The notes beneath the pieces are model-generated. The model did no database searches. It worked only from the letters and a program-made list of their open reading frames with translations, and had not been told where the DNA came from. Positions 43,961 through 54,321 of a stretch of 64,000 bases of DNA are shown piece by piece. The first letter of the stretch is position 1. Every line of letters begins with the position of its first letter. Origin of the DNA: Rhodospirillaceae bacterium. Its GTDB lineage: Bacteria > Pseudomonadota > Alphaproteobacteria > GCA-2731375. The DNA is taken from contig JABIRL010000182.1 in assembly GCA_018667855.1 (NCBI GenBank), positions 5,503-69,502 of the forward strand. Reading direction: 5' to 3'. The translations under genes and the position numbers were made by a program.

Positions 43961-44431
43961 ATGAAGATTGAAATATTGCCTGCAGATCCCGGCCATTGCG
44001 CCTTGTTGGCGCGGCTGCACGGCTGTTGTTTTTCAACGCCCTGGGCCGAAGAGGCATTCATCCAGATGATGGCCATGCCTGGCGCATTTGCCCTGCTGGC
44101 CGGCCGGACAGAGGGTACGTGCCGGGAACCCATCGGTTTCGCCTTGGCACGAATGGGCGGCGGCGAAGCTGAAATTATCACTCTGGGCGTACTGCCCCTA
44201 TGGCGCGTTAGCGGAATCGGACAGCAGCTGGTGGCGGCCATCGCGGCGCAAGCATCGGCTTGTGGCGTCGAGGCCTTGTTGTTGGAAGTCGCCGAGGACA
44301 ACGCGGCCGCCCTGAAACTTTATCAATCAAATGGCTTCAGTTCCGTGGGGCGGCGCAAGAACTACTATCAAACCGCGGATTCCGGCAGGCATGATGCCAT
44401 CGTCATGCGACGGGCGCTGGTAGCGGATTAA
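43961..44431 (+). CDS. rimI: Ribosomal-protein-alanine N-acetyltransferase (GNAT)
   Basis: GNAT motif ITLGVLPLWRVSGIGQQLV. Conserved position directly after tsaB (1-nt gap). Confidence 0.7.
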   Translation: MKIEILPADPGHCALLARLHGCCFSTPWAEEAFIQMMAMPGAFALLAGRTEGTCREPIGFALARMGGGEAEIITLGVLPLWRVSGIGQQLVAAIAAQASACGVEALLLEVAEDNAAALKLYQSNGFSSVGRRKNYYQTADSGRHDAIVMRRALVAD

Positions 44432-44680
44432 ACTTTTTCAATAATTAAAATCTGCGGCCCATCAACCTCGTTTTCGTTCTCCGGCCCCAAGGATATGATC
44501 CGATGGCCATGTTCGCGTACCGAACGAGGGACGTTCTGCAAAGGTTCGGCACCCTGTAATCTGACGGTAGCTCGATCCCCGGATGACATCTTTTCAATCA
44601 ATAACTTCGTGCGAACAAAGGTCATCGGACAAATTTGGTCTGTTATATCTAAATAATGTTCAAATGATCCGGTTTTCATT
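44428..44680 (-). CDS. TusA-like sulfurtransferase (SirA/YedF/YeeD family)
   Basis: LDITDQICPMTFVRTKLLIEKM carries the CPxP active-site motif of TusA-family proteins. Start is probably MKTGSF. Confidence 0.6.
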
Positions 44681-44822
44681 GTCAAATTCCAAATACTCGA
44701 GATAACGTTCCGGGAATTTTGTTTTCCCATTGCAAAAATATAGAATTATTCCTAAAATAAGTTCGGGAATATAAAATTTGTGCATTTCAAAACATTAGAA
44801 CTTACTTCAAGGAGCCGATTAC

Positions 44823-45245
44823 ATGGCTGAACAAGGCACCGATCTTAGCGAACTATTGACATTGACTGCGGATATAGTTGCATCACATGTTTCAAATAAT
44901 GGTGTTCCGGTCAGTGAACTGCCACAATTGATTCAGCAGGTTTACGCGACATTGGCTGAACTTGGCAAGGAAGCCGCACCGGCGGCGGAAAAACCCCAGC
45001 CGGCAGTGCCGATCCGCAAATCCATAACGCCGGACTATATTATCTGTCTGGAAGACGGCAAGAAACTGAAAATGCTGAAACGGCACCTGAAAACCGCCTA
45101 CGACATGACTCCCGATCAATACCGTGACCGTTGGGGTCTGGCTTCGGACTATCCGATGGTCGCGCCGAATTATGCCGAACAGCGCCGGGATTTGGCCAAG
45201 AAGATTGGTTTGGGAACATCACGAAGCCGCCGCAGCGCGGTTTAG
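44823..45245 (+). CDS. MucR/Ros-family transcriptional regulator; zinc-ligand positions are C-D-H-Y instead of C-C-H-H
   Basis: ITPDYIICLEDGKKLKMLKRHLKTAYDMTPDQYRDRWGLASDYPMVAPNYAEQRRDLAKKIGLG is collinear with Ros/MucR ([31 protein letters not shown]). AT-rich promoter upstream. Confidence 0.8.
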   Translation: MAEQGTDLSELLTLTADIVASHVSNNGVPVSELPQLIQQVYATLAELGKEAAPAAEKPQPAVPIRKSITPDYIICLEDGKKLKMLKRHLKTAYDMTPDQYRDRWGLASDYPMVAPNYAEQRRDLAKKIGLGTSRSRRSAV

Positions 45246-45303
45246 GTATTTAATGGCCGCGAACCTTGGGGTCCCGGGCTCACAGCTTGGAGCATAACAA
45301 CGG

Positions 45304-45762
45304 ATGCTAGCCAAAATCGAACGGCTTTGCATGGAACGCGGTTTGCGCATGACCGGGCAACGCCGCGTGGTGGCCCGGGTACTTTCGGAAGCCGATGATC
45401 ATCCCGACGCCGAGGAAATCTATCGTCGGGGCAGTATGCTGGATGCTAAAATTTCCATCGCCACGGTCTACCGCACCCTGCGTATATTCGAAGAAGCCGG
45501 CATTCTGCAGCGGCTGGAATTCGGCGATGGGCGGGCCCGTTTCGAAATTGCCGAGAGCGAGCATCATGACCATTTGATCGACACCGCCAGCGGTAAGGTC
45601 ATTGAGTTCCAGGATGCCGAGCTAGAAGCTTTGCAAGATAAAATAGCGGCTAATTTAGGCTATCGTCTTATCGGCCATCGAATGGAACTATATGGCGTGC
45701 CATTGCAGGACACATCGCCATCCGACGATAACCTTGAAGACGATAAAAACAACGACCGCTAG
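45304..45762 (+). CDS. Fur-family metalloregulator (Fur/Mur/Irr-like), lacks C-terminal CxxC, has an acidic tail
   Basis: DHPDAEEIY ... ATVYRTLRIFEEAGIL ... HHDHLID match the Fur DNA-binding and metal-site motifs. Confidence 0.8.
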   Translation: MLAKIERLCMERGLRMTGQRRVVARVLSEADDHPDAEEIYRRGSMLDAKISIATVYRTLRIFEEAGILQRLEFGDGRARFEIAESEHHDHLIDTASGKVIEFQDAELEALQDKIAANLGYRLIGHRMELYGVPLQDTSPSDDNLEDDKNNDR

Positions 45763-46134
45763 TACGCATTTCCTATACTGGCCGTTGTCTTTTTCTCCGA
45801 TTAGCGAATTTGTGATATTTCAAACCGACGCCGGGCCAAATATTTCCCGGGGACCGGAATTTTGACTTATCCGGGTGCCGCGGCAAACGACTTGACTGCG
45901 GTCTGACTTCTTGACTATTTGCACCGGATTGATAGTGTTTTCCCCGTGGACATAGTGTGGAGCGCGATAAGGGAATGAACCATAATCGCCAGTGCCGGGA
46001 TTTTATCCCCGCGCGCGAGAGCGACGGCAATAGCAGGCACTTGACGGTACGATCTGCAGGAAGATCGGCAATGAGGTGTCAACCCGCCCATTTGGATTCC
46101 AACCAGGCCAATAATCTGGCCAACAATCCGGACA

Positions 46135-47625
46135 GTGGCGGCGGCGATTGCAAACGCGCATGGTTTCCCTTGCCCCGAATATTCCTTGCCTAAGAAATTT
46201 TTTATCCGCACCTATGGGTGCCAGATGAATGTCTATGATACAGCCCGCATGGCGGATGTGCTGGCACCGCTCGGCTATAGCGCCGCCGACGGGCCGGAGG
46301 ACGCCGATATGGTTATCCTCAATACCTGTCACATTCGCGAAAAGGCGGCCGAAAAAGTCTATTCCGAACTCGGCCGCCTGCGGCAGATGAAAGAGCAGCG
46401 GATGGCCGATGAGCCCGATCGCGCCCCGCCTGTCCTTGCCGTGGCGGGATGCGTGGCCCAGGCCGAAGGTGCGGAAATGCTGGCCAGGGCGCCATTTCTG
46501 GATATCGTGTTCGGACCGCAGACCTATCACCGTCTGCCTGAGATGATCGCCCGGGTAGAGCGGGCGGCCGGCAATAACAAAGGAAAGAGTGGCCGGGGCG
46601 CCGGAATTCTGGATACGGAGTTCCCGGCGGAGGCGAAATTCGATCATCTGCCCAAAGTCAGCCCCGGCGCCCGGGACGGCAAGGGAACAATGGCGGGTTG
46701 CACGGCGTTTTTGACCATTCAGGAAGGTTGCGACAAATTCTGCACCTTCTGTGTCGTACCCTATACACGCGGCGTGGAATTCTCCCGACCCGGTCAGGCG
46801 GTGCTGGAAGAATGCCGGCAACTGGTTTCCAGCGGTGTGCGGGAAGTCACCCTATTGGGCCAGAACGTCAACGCCTATCACGGCACCGGCCCCGACGGAG
46901 ATAACTGGGACCTGGCGGAATTGATTGCCCGGCTGGCCGGGATCGACGGCTTGGCGCGGATTCGTTACACCACCTCCCATCCCCGCGATATCAACGATCG
47001 GCTATTTGACATTCACGGCCACTGCGAAAAGCTGATGCCGTATCTGCATTTACCGGCGCAGTCCGGTTCGGACCGAATTCTGGCGGCCATGAACCGCGGC
47101 TATACGGCGGCTGATTATCAAGCCGCCGTTGCCCGGTTACGCCGAATCCGGCCGGATATTGCCTTATCCGGTGATTTCATCGTGGGATTTCCCGGCGAGA
47201 GCGAGGCTGATTTCGAGGCCACCATGGAACTGGTGCGCGCCGTGAAATACGCCCAAGCCTATTCCTTTAAATACAGCCCCCGTCCGGGCACGCCGGCGGC
47301 GTTGCTGGAAGATCAGGTGCCCGACGAAATGCGGTCCGAGCGATTGCAGCGGCTGCAAGCCCTGTTGGATGACCAGCAGCAGGCCTTCAACCGGCAAATG
47401 GTCGGCAAACGGCTGCCTTTATTGTTGGATCGCGGCGGCCGGCGGCCGGGCCAGTTGGTTGGCCGCAGTCCCTATATGCAGGCCGTGCACCTTGATGCAT
47501 CGGTGGAATTGCTAGGGCGAATGGTCGAAGTGGAAATCACGGCGGCCCACGCCAACAGTCTGGCGGGGCAATTGGTCGAACCTGCCCTCCACCGGAACCC
47601 GCGTCAGTTGGAGCGGGTGAGGTGA
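46135..47625 (+). CDS. miaB: tRNA-2-methylthio-N6-dimethylallyladenosine synthase (radical SAM methylthiotransferase)
   Basis: [16 protein letters not shown] (UPF0004 Cys cluster), [11 protein letters not shown] radical-SAM motif and a C-terminal TRAM domain. Start is a GTG at 46135 or a TTG at 46186. Confidence 0.9.
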   Translation: MAAAIANAHGFPCPEYSLPKKFFIRTYGCQMNVYDTARMADVLAPLGYSAADGPEDADMVILNTCHIREKAAEKVYSELGRLRQMKEQRMADEPDRAPPVLAVAGCVAQAEGAEMLARAPFLDIVFGPQTYHRLPEMIARVERAAGNNKGKSGRGAGILDTEFPAEAKFDHLPKVSPGARDGKGTMAGCTAFLTIQEGCDKFCTFCVVPYTRGVEFSRPGQAVLEECRQLVSSGVREVTLLGQNVNAYHGTGPDGDNWDLAELIARLAGIDGLARIRYTTSHPRDINDRLFDIHGHCEKLMPYLHLPAQSGSDRILAAMNRGYTAADYQAAVARLRRIRPDIALSGDFIVGFPGESEADFEATMELVRAVKYAQAYSFKYSPRPGTPAALLEDQVPDEMRSERLQRLQALLDDQQQAFNRQMVGKRLPLLLDRGGRRPGQLVGRSPYMQAVHLDASVELLGRMVEVEITAAHANSLAGQLVEPALHRNPRQLERVR

Positions 47626-48743
47626 ATATAGTGACGAAAGGCGGCGAGCCGGCCCTGGTGATCGAATTTGACGACACCCGTTTGCTGGCGCCATTGTTTG
47701 GTGCCCATGATCGTCATCTGGCCCGCATCGAACAACGCCTGGGACTGTCGTTGGTGCCGCGTGGCAATCGGGTCGCCATTCTGGGCGAGGCGGATGCGGC
47801 GGCGGTCGCGCGTGCCGCGTTGGAGGATCTGTATCAACGCCTGAAAGGCGGCTTGGAAGTCACGGCGGCGGATGTCGATGGGGCCGTCCGTATGGCGGAG
47901 GCGCAACCAATCGCGGAGTCGGATGAAGGATCGGAGACCAGCCTGAGCAATCAATCCAGTGATCGGGGCGCCACCGGCGCGCCGAAGTCCCGTGTTTCAA
48001 AGCGGCGGCGAGCCGACGGCAAGGACAGGAACGGCGGCGCCAAACGGCGTACTACGGGTTCGGAAGATACCCTTATCAATACGCAGAAGAAGCTTATTAC
48101 GCCGCGCTCGCCGACCCAGGCGGCCTATGTGGAGGCCATGCGAAAGCATGATCTGGTTTTCGGTCTGGGCCCGGCCGGCACGGGAAAAACTTATCTGGCG
48201 GTCGCGATCGCTGTCTCCATGCTGATGGAGGAAGCGGTCGAGCGTATCATATTGACCCGTCCGGCGGTCGAGGCGGGAGAGCGGTTGGGCTTCCTGCCCG
48301 GCGCCCTGGAGGAAAAGGTCGATCCGTATATGCGGCCCATGTACGATGCCCTATACGACATGATGCCGGGCGATCGTGTATTGCGCCGCCGCGACGCCGG
48401 CGATATCGAGGTGGCGCCCTTGGCCTATATGCGAGGCCGCACCCTTTCCAATGCCTGTATAATTCTCGACGAGGCGCAAAATACCACGCCCATGCAGATG
48501 AAGATGTTTTTGACCCGGATGGGGGAAAACAGCCGCATGGTGGTGACCGGCGACCCCTCGCAAGTGGATCTGCCGGCCGGAAGCCGCTCCGGCCTCAAGG
48601 ATGCGCTGGAAATTCTGGACGGCGTGGACGATATCAAAATGATCCGGTTTACAGCCGATGATGTGGTGCGCCATCCGCTGGTAGCGAGCATCGTGCGGGC
48701 CTATGACCGAAATGACAAACCTTCCACCGACGGAAACGATTGA
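47622..48743 (+). CDS. ybeZ: PhoH-like ATPase (YbeZ)
   Basis: [15 protein letters not shown] Walker A and ILDEAQNTT Walker B region. GTGA overlap with the miaB stop. The N-terminal region carries a basic low-complexity insert. Confidence 0.85.
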   Translation: MNIVTKGGEPALVIEFDDTRLLAPLFGAHDRHLARIEQRLGLSLVPRGNRVAILGEADAAAVARAALEDLYQRLKGGLEVTAADVDGAVRMAEAQPIAESDEGSETSLSNQSSDRGATGAPKSRVSKRRRADGKDRNGGAKRRTTGSEDTLINTQKKLITPRSPTQAAYVEAMRKHDLVFGLGPAGTGKTYLAVAIAVSMLMEEAVERIILTRPAVEAGERLGFLPGALEEKVDPYMRPMYDALYDMMPGDRVLRRRDAGDIEVAPLAYMRGRTLSNACIILDEAQNTTPMQMKMFLTRMGENSRMVVTGDPSQVDLPAGSRSGLKDALEILDGVDDIKMIRFTADDVVRHPLVASIVRAYDRNDKPSTDGND

Positions 48744-51139
48744 TGCAAACCGGCGATGATACTCCGCGAACGCCGCAATCACCGCTGACGGCGTCTCCCG
48801 TGGGTCCGGGGGGGTTGGCCGATACGCGGGAAGCCTTGCGTGTCGCGGCCCAAATGGCGCTGGCCGACGGCGGCTGGCGGCGGTGGCGGCCCGTGATCGA
48901 TCTGACGGCCGTGGTTGGCTTCGTATTGCTGATGACATTGTTACTGATCCAACCGGGTGGCGGCAAGGTGCCGCATCCGGATGTGGATACGGTCGCGCAG
49001 ACGACCATCCGTGCCGGCCGCGATGTGCTGGTCGAGGACCGCGCCGCGACCCGCATGCGCCGGGACAAGGCGGCCGCCGCGGTGGCGGAGATTTTTGACT
49101 ATGATTCAGATCTTTACTTCGGACTAGGCGATCACGTCTTTCAAGCCCTGGCCAACATGGGCAGGCTGCGCCAGGCGGAGGGCAAATCGCCAACCGATCG
49201 CCGGGCTGCGTTTCAGGAAGATATGAGTGTAACGGTGAACAGCGGCGTTTTCGCCCTGATTGAAGGATTGGCCGATCCTACCGATGCCGCCTTGGCCATC
49301 AATTTCTTTCTAAATATGGGTCTGGACCGCCAGGTCATCGCCGACCGCGGCGCCCTGCCCAAGGGTGCCGGACTGGAAATCTGGGATTTGGGTCTGGAAC
49401 TGGGATCGCGCCGGGACAGTACCGCCGGCATCATCGATCTGCGCCAATTGCGGCGCCTGATGACGGCCCGGGCGGGCGATGCACCCTATGGCGGGGCCCG
49501 CATCGTGCGCAGCTGGATTCTGGAGGCGGCACAGGAACTTGCACGCCCCAATCTGAAGCCGAACCAAGTGGCCAGCGAAAAACGCCGGCGTGAAGCGATC
49601 GCGGCGGTCGAGCCCATATTCCTGCGTATCAAGGCGGGCGAAGTCATCGTGCGCCGCGGTGACCGGGTCACGGCGGCGGCCTGGCGGCGTCTTGGTATAT
49701 TGAACGAAAGCGCCGGCGGCCGCCGGGTCTGGCGCGAGATGATCGCGGTGGCTGGGCTTTTGACCGGCTTTCTATTGTTGGGCGCGGTGTTTTTCAGCCG
49801 GGCCCGCGTGCCCTTCAGTTTTGGCCGCAAGTCGTCCTACCTTACCTTGGCCATCGTCCTGACGACCACGGCCATCGCTGTCGCGATGTTCTATGCCGGG
49901 CAGGGCTTTGCCGACGGCATGGGTTTTAATCCCGACGCCGCAGCCTATTTCGTACCCTTGGCCTTGGCCACCGTTTTGGTCTCGTTGCTGGTCGATGCCC
50001 GAACATCGCTGTTGGTGGGCGTTGTCATGACCCTGTTCATTGCCTATCGGGTCAACGGCGATTTGTGGTTAGTAACCAATTATATCGTCGGCGTTCTGGT
50101 GGCGGGCATTGCCGCCCGGCGTAGCCGGCGGCGGATCGATTTGCTGCGCATCGGCCTGGCCGTGGCGCTGGCTCAGGCGGCCATGGTGCCGGTTACCGTC
50201 ACCTTGGCGGGCCACGGCATGGGCAGCGAGCATCTGCCCCTTTTGTTGGGCGCGGTCGTCTCCGGCCTGTTGGTGGGCGTCGGCACCCTGGGTTTGCTGC
50301 CGGCCTTTGAATGGCTGTTCGACGAGACCACGGATACCCGGCTGCTGGAATTGGCCTCGGCCGATAATCCGTTGCTGAAGGAACTGGCCCTGAAGGCGCC
50401 GGGCACATATTACCATTCGGCCATGGTTGCCAATCTGGCCGAGGCCGGGGCCGAAGCTGTGGGCGCCAACGGACTGATGTGCCGGGTGATGGCGTTGTAT
50501 CACGATATCGGCAAGTTGCAGCGTCCGGCCTATTTCATGGAAAATCAGCGCGGTTCCGACAACATTCACGAACGCCTGGCGCCCGATGTCTCGGCCCGGG
50601 TCATCCTGCATCATATTCTCGATGGCCTGGAAATGGCGCGGAAGGCCAAACTGGGCCGCCTGATCCTGGAAGGGATCGCCCAGCATCAGGGCACGACTTT
50701 GTTGCGGGTGTTCTACGAGAAGGCGCGGGCACAAGGTTACAACGGCCCGGAGGAGGATTTCCGCTATCCCGGGCCCAAACCGCAACGACGCGAAGCGGGC
50801 ATACTGTTATTGGCCGATTCAATCGAGGCGGCGACCCGCGCCTTGAAGGACCCCTCCGCCGCCAAGGTCGGGGAACGGGTTCGCCAGGTGATCGAAATGC
50901 GGGTCGAAGAAGGTGAATTGGACGACTGTAACCTGACCCTGAGAGATCTGGCGGAAATCGAGGCAACCTTCAACCGAACGCTGACCTTGGGTGTGTTTCA
51001 CAATCGTGTTGATTATCCCCCCATGGCAAACCCCAATGGTTCGCCACCTGAAAGCAAAACAACAGGCGATGCAAAAAGCGATGCAGATGGAGATCATCGT
51101 GTCCACCCCTTGCCGGGCGTGGCTGACCGACCTGCCTGA
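48740..51139 (+). CDS. 7TM-receptor-with-HD-hydrolase (PgpH/YqfF-like) membrane phosphohydrolase
   Basis: Extracellular N-domain, 7 TM helices and a C-terminal HD domain (HSAMVANLAEA ... LYHDIGKL ... ILHHILDGLE). ATGA overlap with ybeZ. Confidence 0.8.
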   Translation: MMQTGDDTPRTPQSPLTASPVGPGGLADTREALRVAAQMALADGGWRRWRPVIDLTAVVGFVLLMTLLLIQPGGGKVPHPDVDTVAQTTIRAGRDVLVEDRAATRMRRDKAAAAVAEIFDYDSDLYFGLGDHVFQALANMGRLRQAEGKSPTDRRAAFQEDMSVTVNSGVFALIEGLADPTDAALAINFFLNMGLDRQVIADRGALPKGAGLEIWDLGLELGSRRDSTAGIIDLRQLRRLMTARAGDAPYGGARIVRSWILEAAQELARPNLKPNQVASEKRRREAIAAVEPIFLRIKAGEVIVRRGDRVTAAAWRRLGILNESAGGRRVWREMIAVAGLLTGFLLLGAVFFSRARVPFSFGRKSSYLTLAIVLTTTAIAVAMFYAGQGFADGMGFNPDAAAYFVPLALATVLVSLLVDARTSLLVGVVMTLFIAYRVNGDLWLVTNYIVGVLVAGIAARRSRRRIDLLRIGLAVALAQAAMVPVTVTLAGHGMGSEHLPLLLGAVVSGLLVGVGTLGLLPAFEWLFDETTDTRLLELASADNPLLKELALKAPGTYYHSAMVANLAEAGAEAVGANGLMCRVMALYHDIGKLQRPAYFMENQRGSDNIHERLAPDVSARVILHHILDGLEMARKAKLGRLILEGIAQHQGTTLLRVFYEKARAQGYNGPEEDFRYPGPKPQRREAGILLLADSIEAATRALKDPSAAKVGERVRQVIEMRVEEGELDDCNLTLRDLAEIEATFNRTLTLGVFHNRVDYPPMANPNGSPPESKTTGDAKSDADGDHRVHPLPGVADRPA

Positions 51140-51596
51140 CGCTGTCGCGATCGGGGAAAGGGTCGTTGGCGCCGCGCTGTCGGATGCGGTCCCGGCGCGG
51201 ACCTTGGTCGAGGTCGGCGTGAGCCTGATGGATGATGCCGCCGTCCGCCGCCTGAACCGTGACTATCGCCAACAGGACAAGGCCACCAATGTCTTGTCAT
51301 TTGTTGGTGATGATATCGATGGACCGCGCCACGACGGCCCCCTATTGCTGGGCGACATTGTGCTGGCCCATGGCGTGCTTCGGGCTGAGGCACAGGCCCA
51401 GGGCAAATCCCTGCATGATCATTTCTGCCATTTGCTGGTCCACGGCACCCTGCATTTGTTGGGCCATGATCATATGAACGAAGGGGACGCAGCGGCGATG
51501 GAAGCGCAGGAAATTGCCATCCTGGCCGGGATCGGCATCGCCGATCCCTATCTGCTTTCCGCCGAACATTCGACGCCGCCCGCCATAGCCGATTAA
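51088..51596 (+). CDS. ybeY: Endoribonuclease YbeY (rRNA maturation factor)
   Basis: H-x3-H-x5-H zinc motif HGTLHLLGHDH, about 169 aa from MEIIV. The ORF track's longer N-terminus overlaps the previous gene. Confidence 0.85.
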
Positions 51597-52588
51597 TGCT
51601 CATCACTGGACCTGACATGAACGAAATCTCCGACCCCAATCAACCCCATGGCCCGCGCGGCGGCGGCGCCAAAACGGAAGCGGAAGGCGGCGGCTTTCTC
51701 AACTGGCTGTCTGGTCTGTTGCGCGGCGGCGGCGATGCGGACCTGCGGGAAAGCATTGAAGAAGTCATCGACGAACACGAGGCCTCACCCAACAGCCTAA
51801 ACCCGGAACAGCGGGAAATGCTGATGAACATCATCAGCTTCGGCGAGTTGGAAGTAGATGACGTCATGGTGCCGCGAACTGATATCGTCGCCCTGGAGGC
51901 CGGCGCCAGCCCGGCCGATGTGGTCAGCACTTTTCGCCAGGCGCATCATTCGCGACTACCCGTCTTCCGCGAAACCCTGGATGACATTGCCGGTTTCGTT
52001 CATATCAAGGACGTGGTTGATCATTGGGGCCGGGACGAAGAACTTTCCCTGGCGCGGATTTTGCGTGAGTTGCTGGTGGTGCCGCCCTCGATGCCGATCC
52101 TGGATCTGTTGGCCCGCATGCGGGCGACCCGCATCCATATGGCTGTGGTGGTGGATGAATACGGGGGCACGGACGGTCTCGTCACGATTGAAGATATCGT
52201 CGAGGAGATTGTCGGCGAAATTGAAGATGAACATGACAAGGACGATGGCCCAACGCTGGAGAAACTTCCCGATGGCAGTATCGACGCCGATGGCCGCGCC
52301 GAGATTGAGGATTTGGAAGAAATTCTGGCCGTTGATCTGTTGCCTGACGAAGCCGACGAGGACATCGATACTCTGGGTGGCCTGGTATTTGCGATGTTGG
52401 GCAGGGTGCCACGGGTCGGCGAAGTGATCAGCCATCCGGTCGGTATCAATTTCGAAATCGTCGATGCTGATTTGCGCCGGGTCAAACGCTTGCTGGTTCG
52501 CCCCGGCGCACCGCTGGCAGCGGATGGGGACGGGAACGGGAACGGGGATGATGAGAACAGCAATCCCGCCTCGGATGCCGGCGGCTGA
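51596..52588 (+). CDS. corC: CorC/HlyC-family protein (two CBS domains + CorC_HlyC transporter-associated domain)
   Basis: The CBS pair (DVMVPRTDIVAL ... ; HMAVVVDEYGGTDGLVTIEDIVEEIVGEIEDE) and C-terminal CorC domain are read from the protein. Has a Gly/Asp/Asn-rich tail. Start could be 51617 (MNEISD). Confidence 0.8.
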   Translation: MLITGPDMNEISDPNQPHGPRGGGAKTEAEGGGFLNWLSGLLRGGGDADLRESIEEVIDEHEASPNSLNPEQREMLMNIISFGELEVDDVMVPRTDIVALEAGASPADVVSTFRQAHHSRLPVFRETLDDIAGFVHIKDVVDHWGRDEELSLARILRELLVVPPSMPILDLLARMRATRIHMAVVVDEYGGTDGLVTIEDIVEEIVGEIEDEHDKDDGPTLEKLPDGSIDADGRAEIEDLEEILAVDLLPDEADEDIDTLGGLVFAMLGRVPRVGEVISHPVGINFEIVDADLRRVKRLLVRPGAPLAADGDGNGNGDDENSNPASDAGG

Positions 52589-52589
52589 T

Positions 52590-52620
52590 AAGCGTCCGGG
52601 CGGCTATCCCGGCTTTCTTA
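52590..52620 (+). terminator. Weak hairpin plus T-rich tract between corC and lnt (possible attenuator)
   Basis: ccggg-cggctat-cccgg followed by ctttctta. Confidence 0.25.
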
Positions 52621-52623
52621 TCA

Positions 52624-54195
52624 ATGTTTAATGCTGCCTTCTGCTTTCGGATTTTGGCCGCCATTGTCTTTGGCGGCCTCGCCGCCCTGGCCCTGGCGCC
52701 ACTCTACCTCTGGCCACTGATGGGCTTGGGCTACGGCGGTCTGTTTTGGCTGGTGACGGGTTCGCGAGGCTGGCGTTCGGCTTTTGCCTTCGGCTGGGGC
52801 TTTGGTCTCGGCTATTTCCTGGTCGGTCTGCACTGGATCGGCCACGCCTTCATGGTCGATGCGGCCCGATTTGCATGGATGATGCCGTTTGCCTTGTTCG
52901 CCCTGGCGGCTGGGCTGGGATTGTTCCCTGGCCTGGCGGCTGCTCTGACACGGCGGTTTTCACCACCGGGTATCGGACGTCTTTTGGCGTTCGCCTTATT
53001 CTGGGGAACCACGGAATGGTTGCGGGGGTCGTTGCTGACCGGGTTTCCCTGGCTTTTGTCGGGCCATGTCTGGGCCGCCAGCATTTCAAGTCTGCAGGCG
53101 GCCGCTTATCTTGGCGCTTCGGGTCTGGGTCTACTGGCGGTCCTGGCCGCGGCCGCCCCGGCCCTGATCCTGACGGCGCCGAGGGGGCGACGTCGGATTG
53201 CGATAGGGGCCAATGCCGTTGTTTTTTTCGTTATTGCCTTGATCCTGATCCTCTCCCATTTGCGTCTTCAGGGAGCAATCGTAACCATGCACCCGGACGT
53301 CAGGCTGCGTCTGGTTCAGGCCGGTATCCCACAAGCGGATAAATGGCGGCCTGAACTGCGCGACCGGCATCTGGCCCGGTATTTGCGGTTAAGCCTAGGC
53401 GACGATGCCACGGGTGACCGGCCCCGTTTCAGTCATCTTATTTGGCCGGAAACCGCGACACCATTTTTTCTGGCCCACGACCCGCTGCGACGGGGCGCCA
53501 TCGCACAATCCCTGCCGGGGGGAACTGTTTTGATCACCGGATCGCCGCACCGCGCTGATACGGGGAACAATGTCCGGAAACTGCACAACAGCATCTTGGC
53601 GCTAACCGACGCCGGCGCGACCACAACGGTCTATAACAAGTCACATTTGGTGCCATTTGGTGAATATCTGCCCCTGCGCGCGGTCCTCAGCCGCCTGGGC
53701 CTTGATAAATTTGCCCATGGTGCCGTGGATTTTTCACCCGGGACAGGAGCAAAGGTCGCAACAGTGGAAAATCTGCCGCCCTTTCGCCCCTTGATTTGTT
53801 ACGAGATCATATTCCCGCGGGAAATTTCAATTCCCGGCGATGGTCCGGAACCGGAATGGTTGTTGAATGTGACCAACGACGCCTGGTTCGGAGAGAATTT
53901 CGGACCCTTGCAGCATCTTGACATCGCGCGCCTGCGGGCAGTCGAATTTGGTCTTCCGGTGGTTCGTGCAGCGAATACGGGCATTTCGGCCATTATCGAC
54001 CCGTTTGGTCGGATTATGCGGCAATTGCCATTAGCTACGGCTGGTGTAATCGATGGTGGTCTGCCAAATGCACTGCCAAAAACGCTGTATGGACGCTTCG
54101 GCGACTGGGTTTTTTCAATCTTTTGTTTGTTGCTCGGGGGGCTATTACTTTTGTCATATTTTTGTTGCAAAAGTCGAGCGGTGGCGAGGCTTTAA
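52624..54195 (+). CDS. lnt: Apolipoprotein N-acyltransferase
   Basis: N-terminal polytopic domain followed by the CN-hydrolase (nitrilase-like) domain (ICYEIIFP catalytic Cys). Conserved position after corC. Confidence 0.85.
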   Translation: MFNAAFCFRILAAIVFGGLAALALAPLYLWPLMGLGYGGLFWLVTGSRGWRSAFAFGWGFGLGYFLVGLHWIGHAFMVDAARFAWMMPFALFALAAGLGLFPGLAAALTRRFSPPGIGRLLAFALFWGTTEWLRGSLLTGFPWLLSGHVWAASISSLQAAAYLGASGLGLLAVLAAAAPALILTAPRGRRRIAIGANAVVFFVIALILILSHLRLQGAIVTMHPDVRLRLVQAGIPQADKWRPELRDRHLARYLRLSLGDDATGDRPRFSHLIWPETATPFFLAHDPLRRGAIAQSLPGGTVLITGSPHRADTGNNVRKLHNSILALTDAGATTTVYNKSHLVPFGEYLPLRAVLSRLGLDKFAHGAVDFSPGTGAKVATVENLPPFRPLICYEIIFPREISIPGDGPEPEWLLNVTNDAWFGENFGPLQHLDIARLRAVEFGLPVVRAANTGISAIIDPFGRIMRQLPLATAGVIDGGLPNALPKTLYGRFGDWVFSIFCLLLGGLLLLSYFCCKSRAVARL

Positions 54196-54321
54196 GCTAC
54201 ACTTGACAGGGCACATTCACTGCTACATACATGTATATGCAACCAACGGGCGGCGTCCATTATAATTTGGCGACCGAGCCTATCAATTGCAGCTTATGAT
54301 TGTGAATAGGGAGTAGTATCA

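Noticed and set aside
45957-46193. 78-aa ORF in the fur-miaB gap
   Set aside because: No RBS and no recognisable fold. It ends where the miaB alternative start begins and is likely a chance ORF in the leader.
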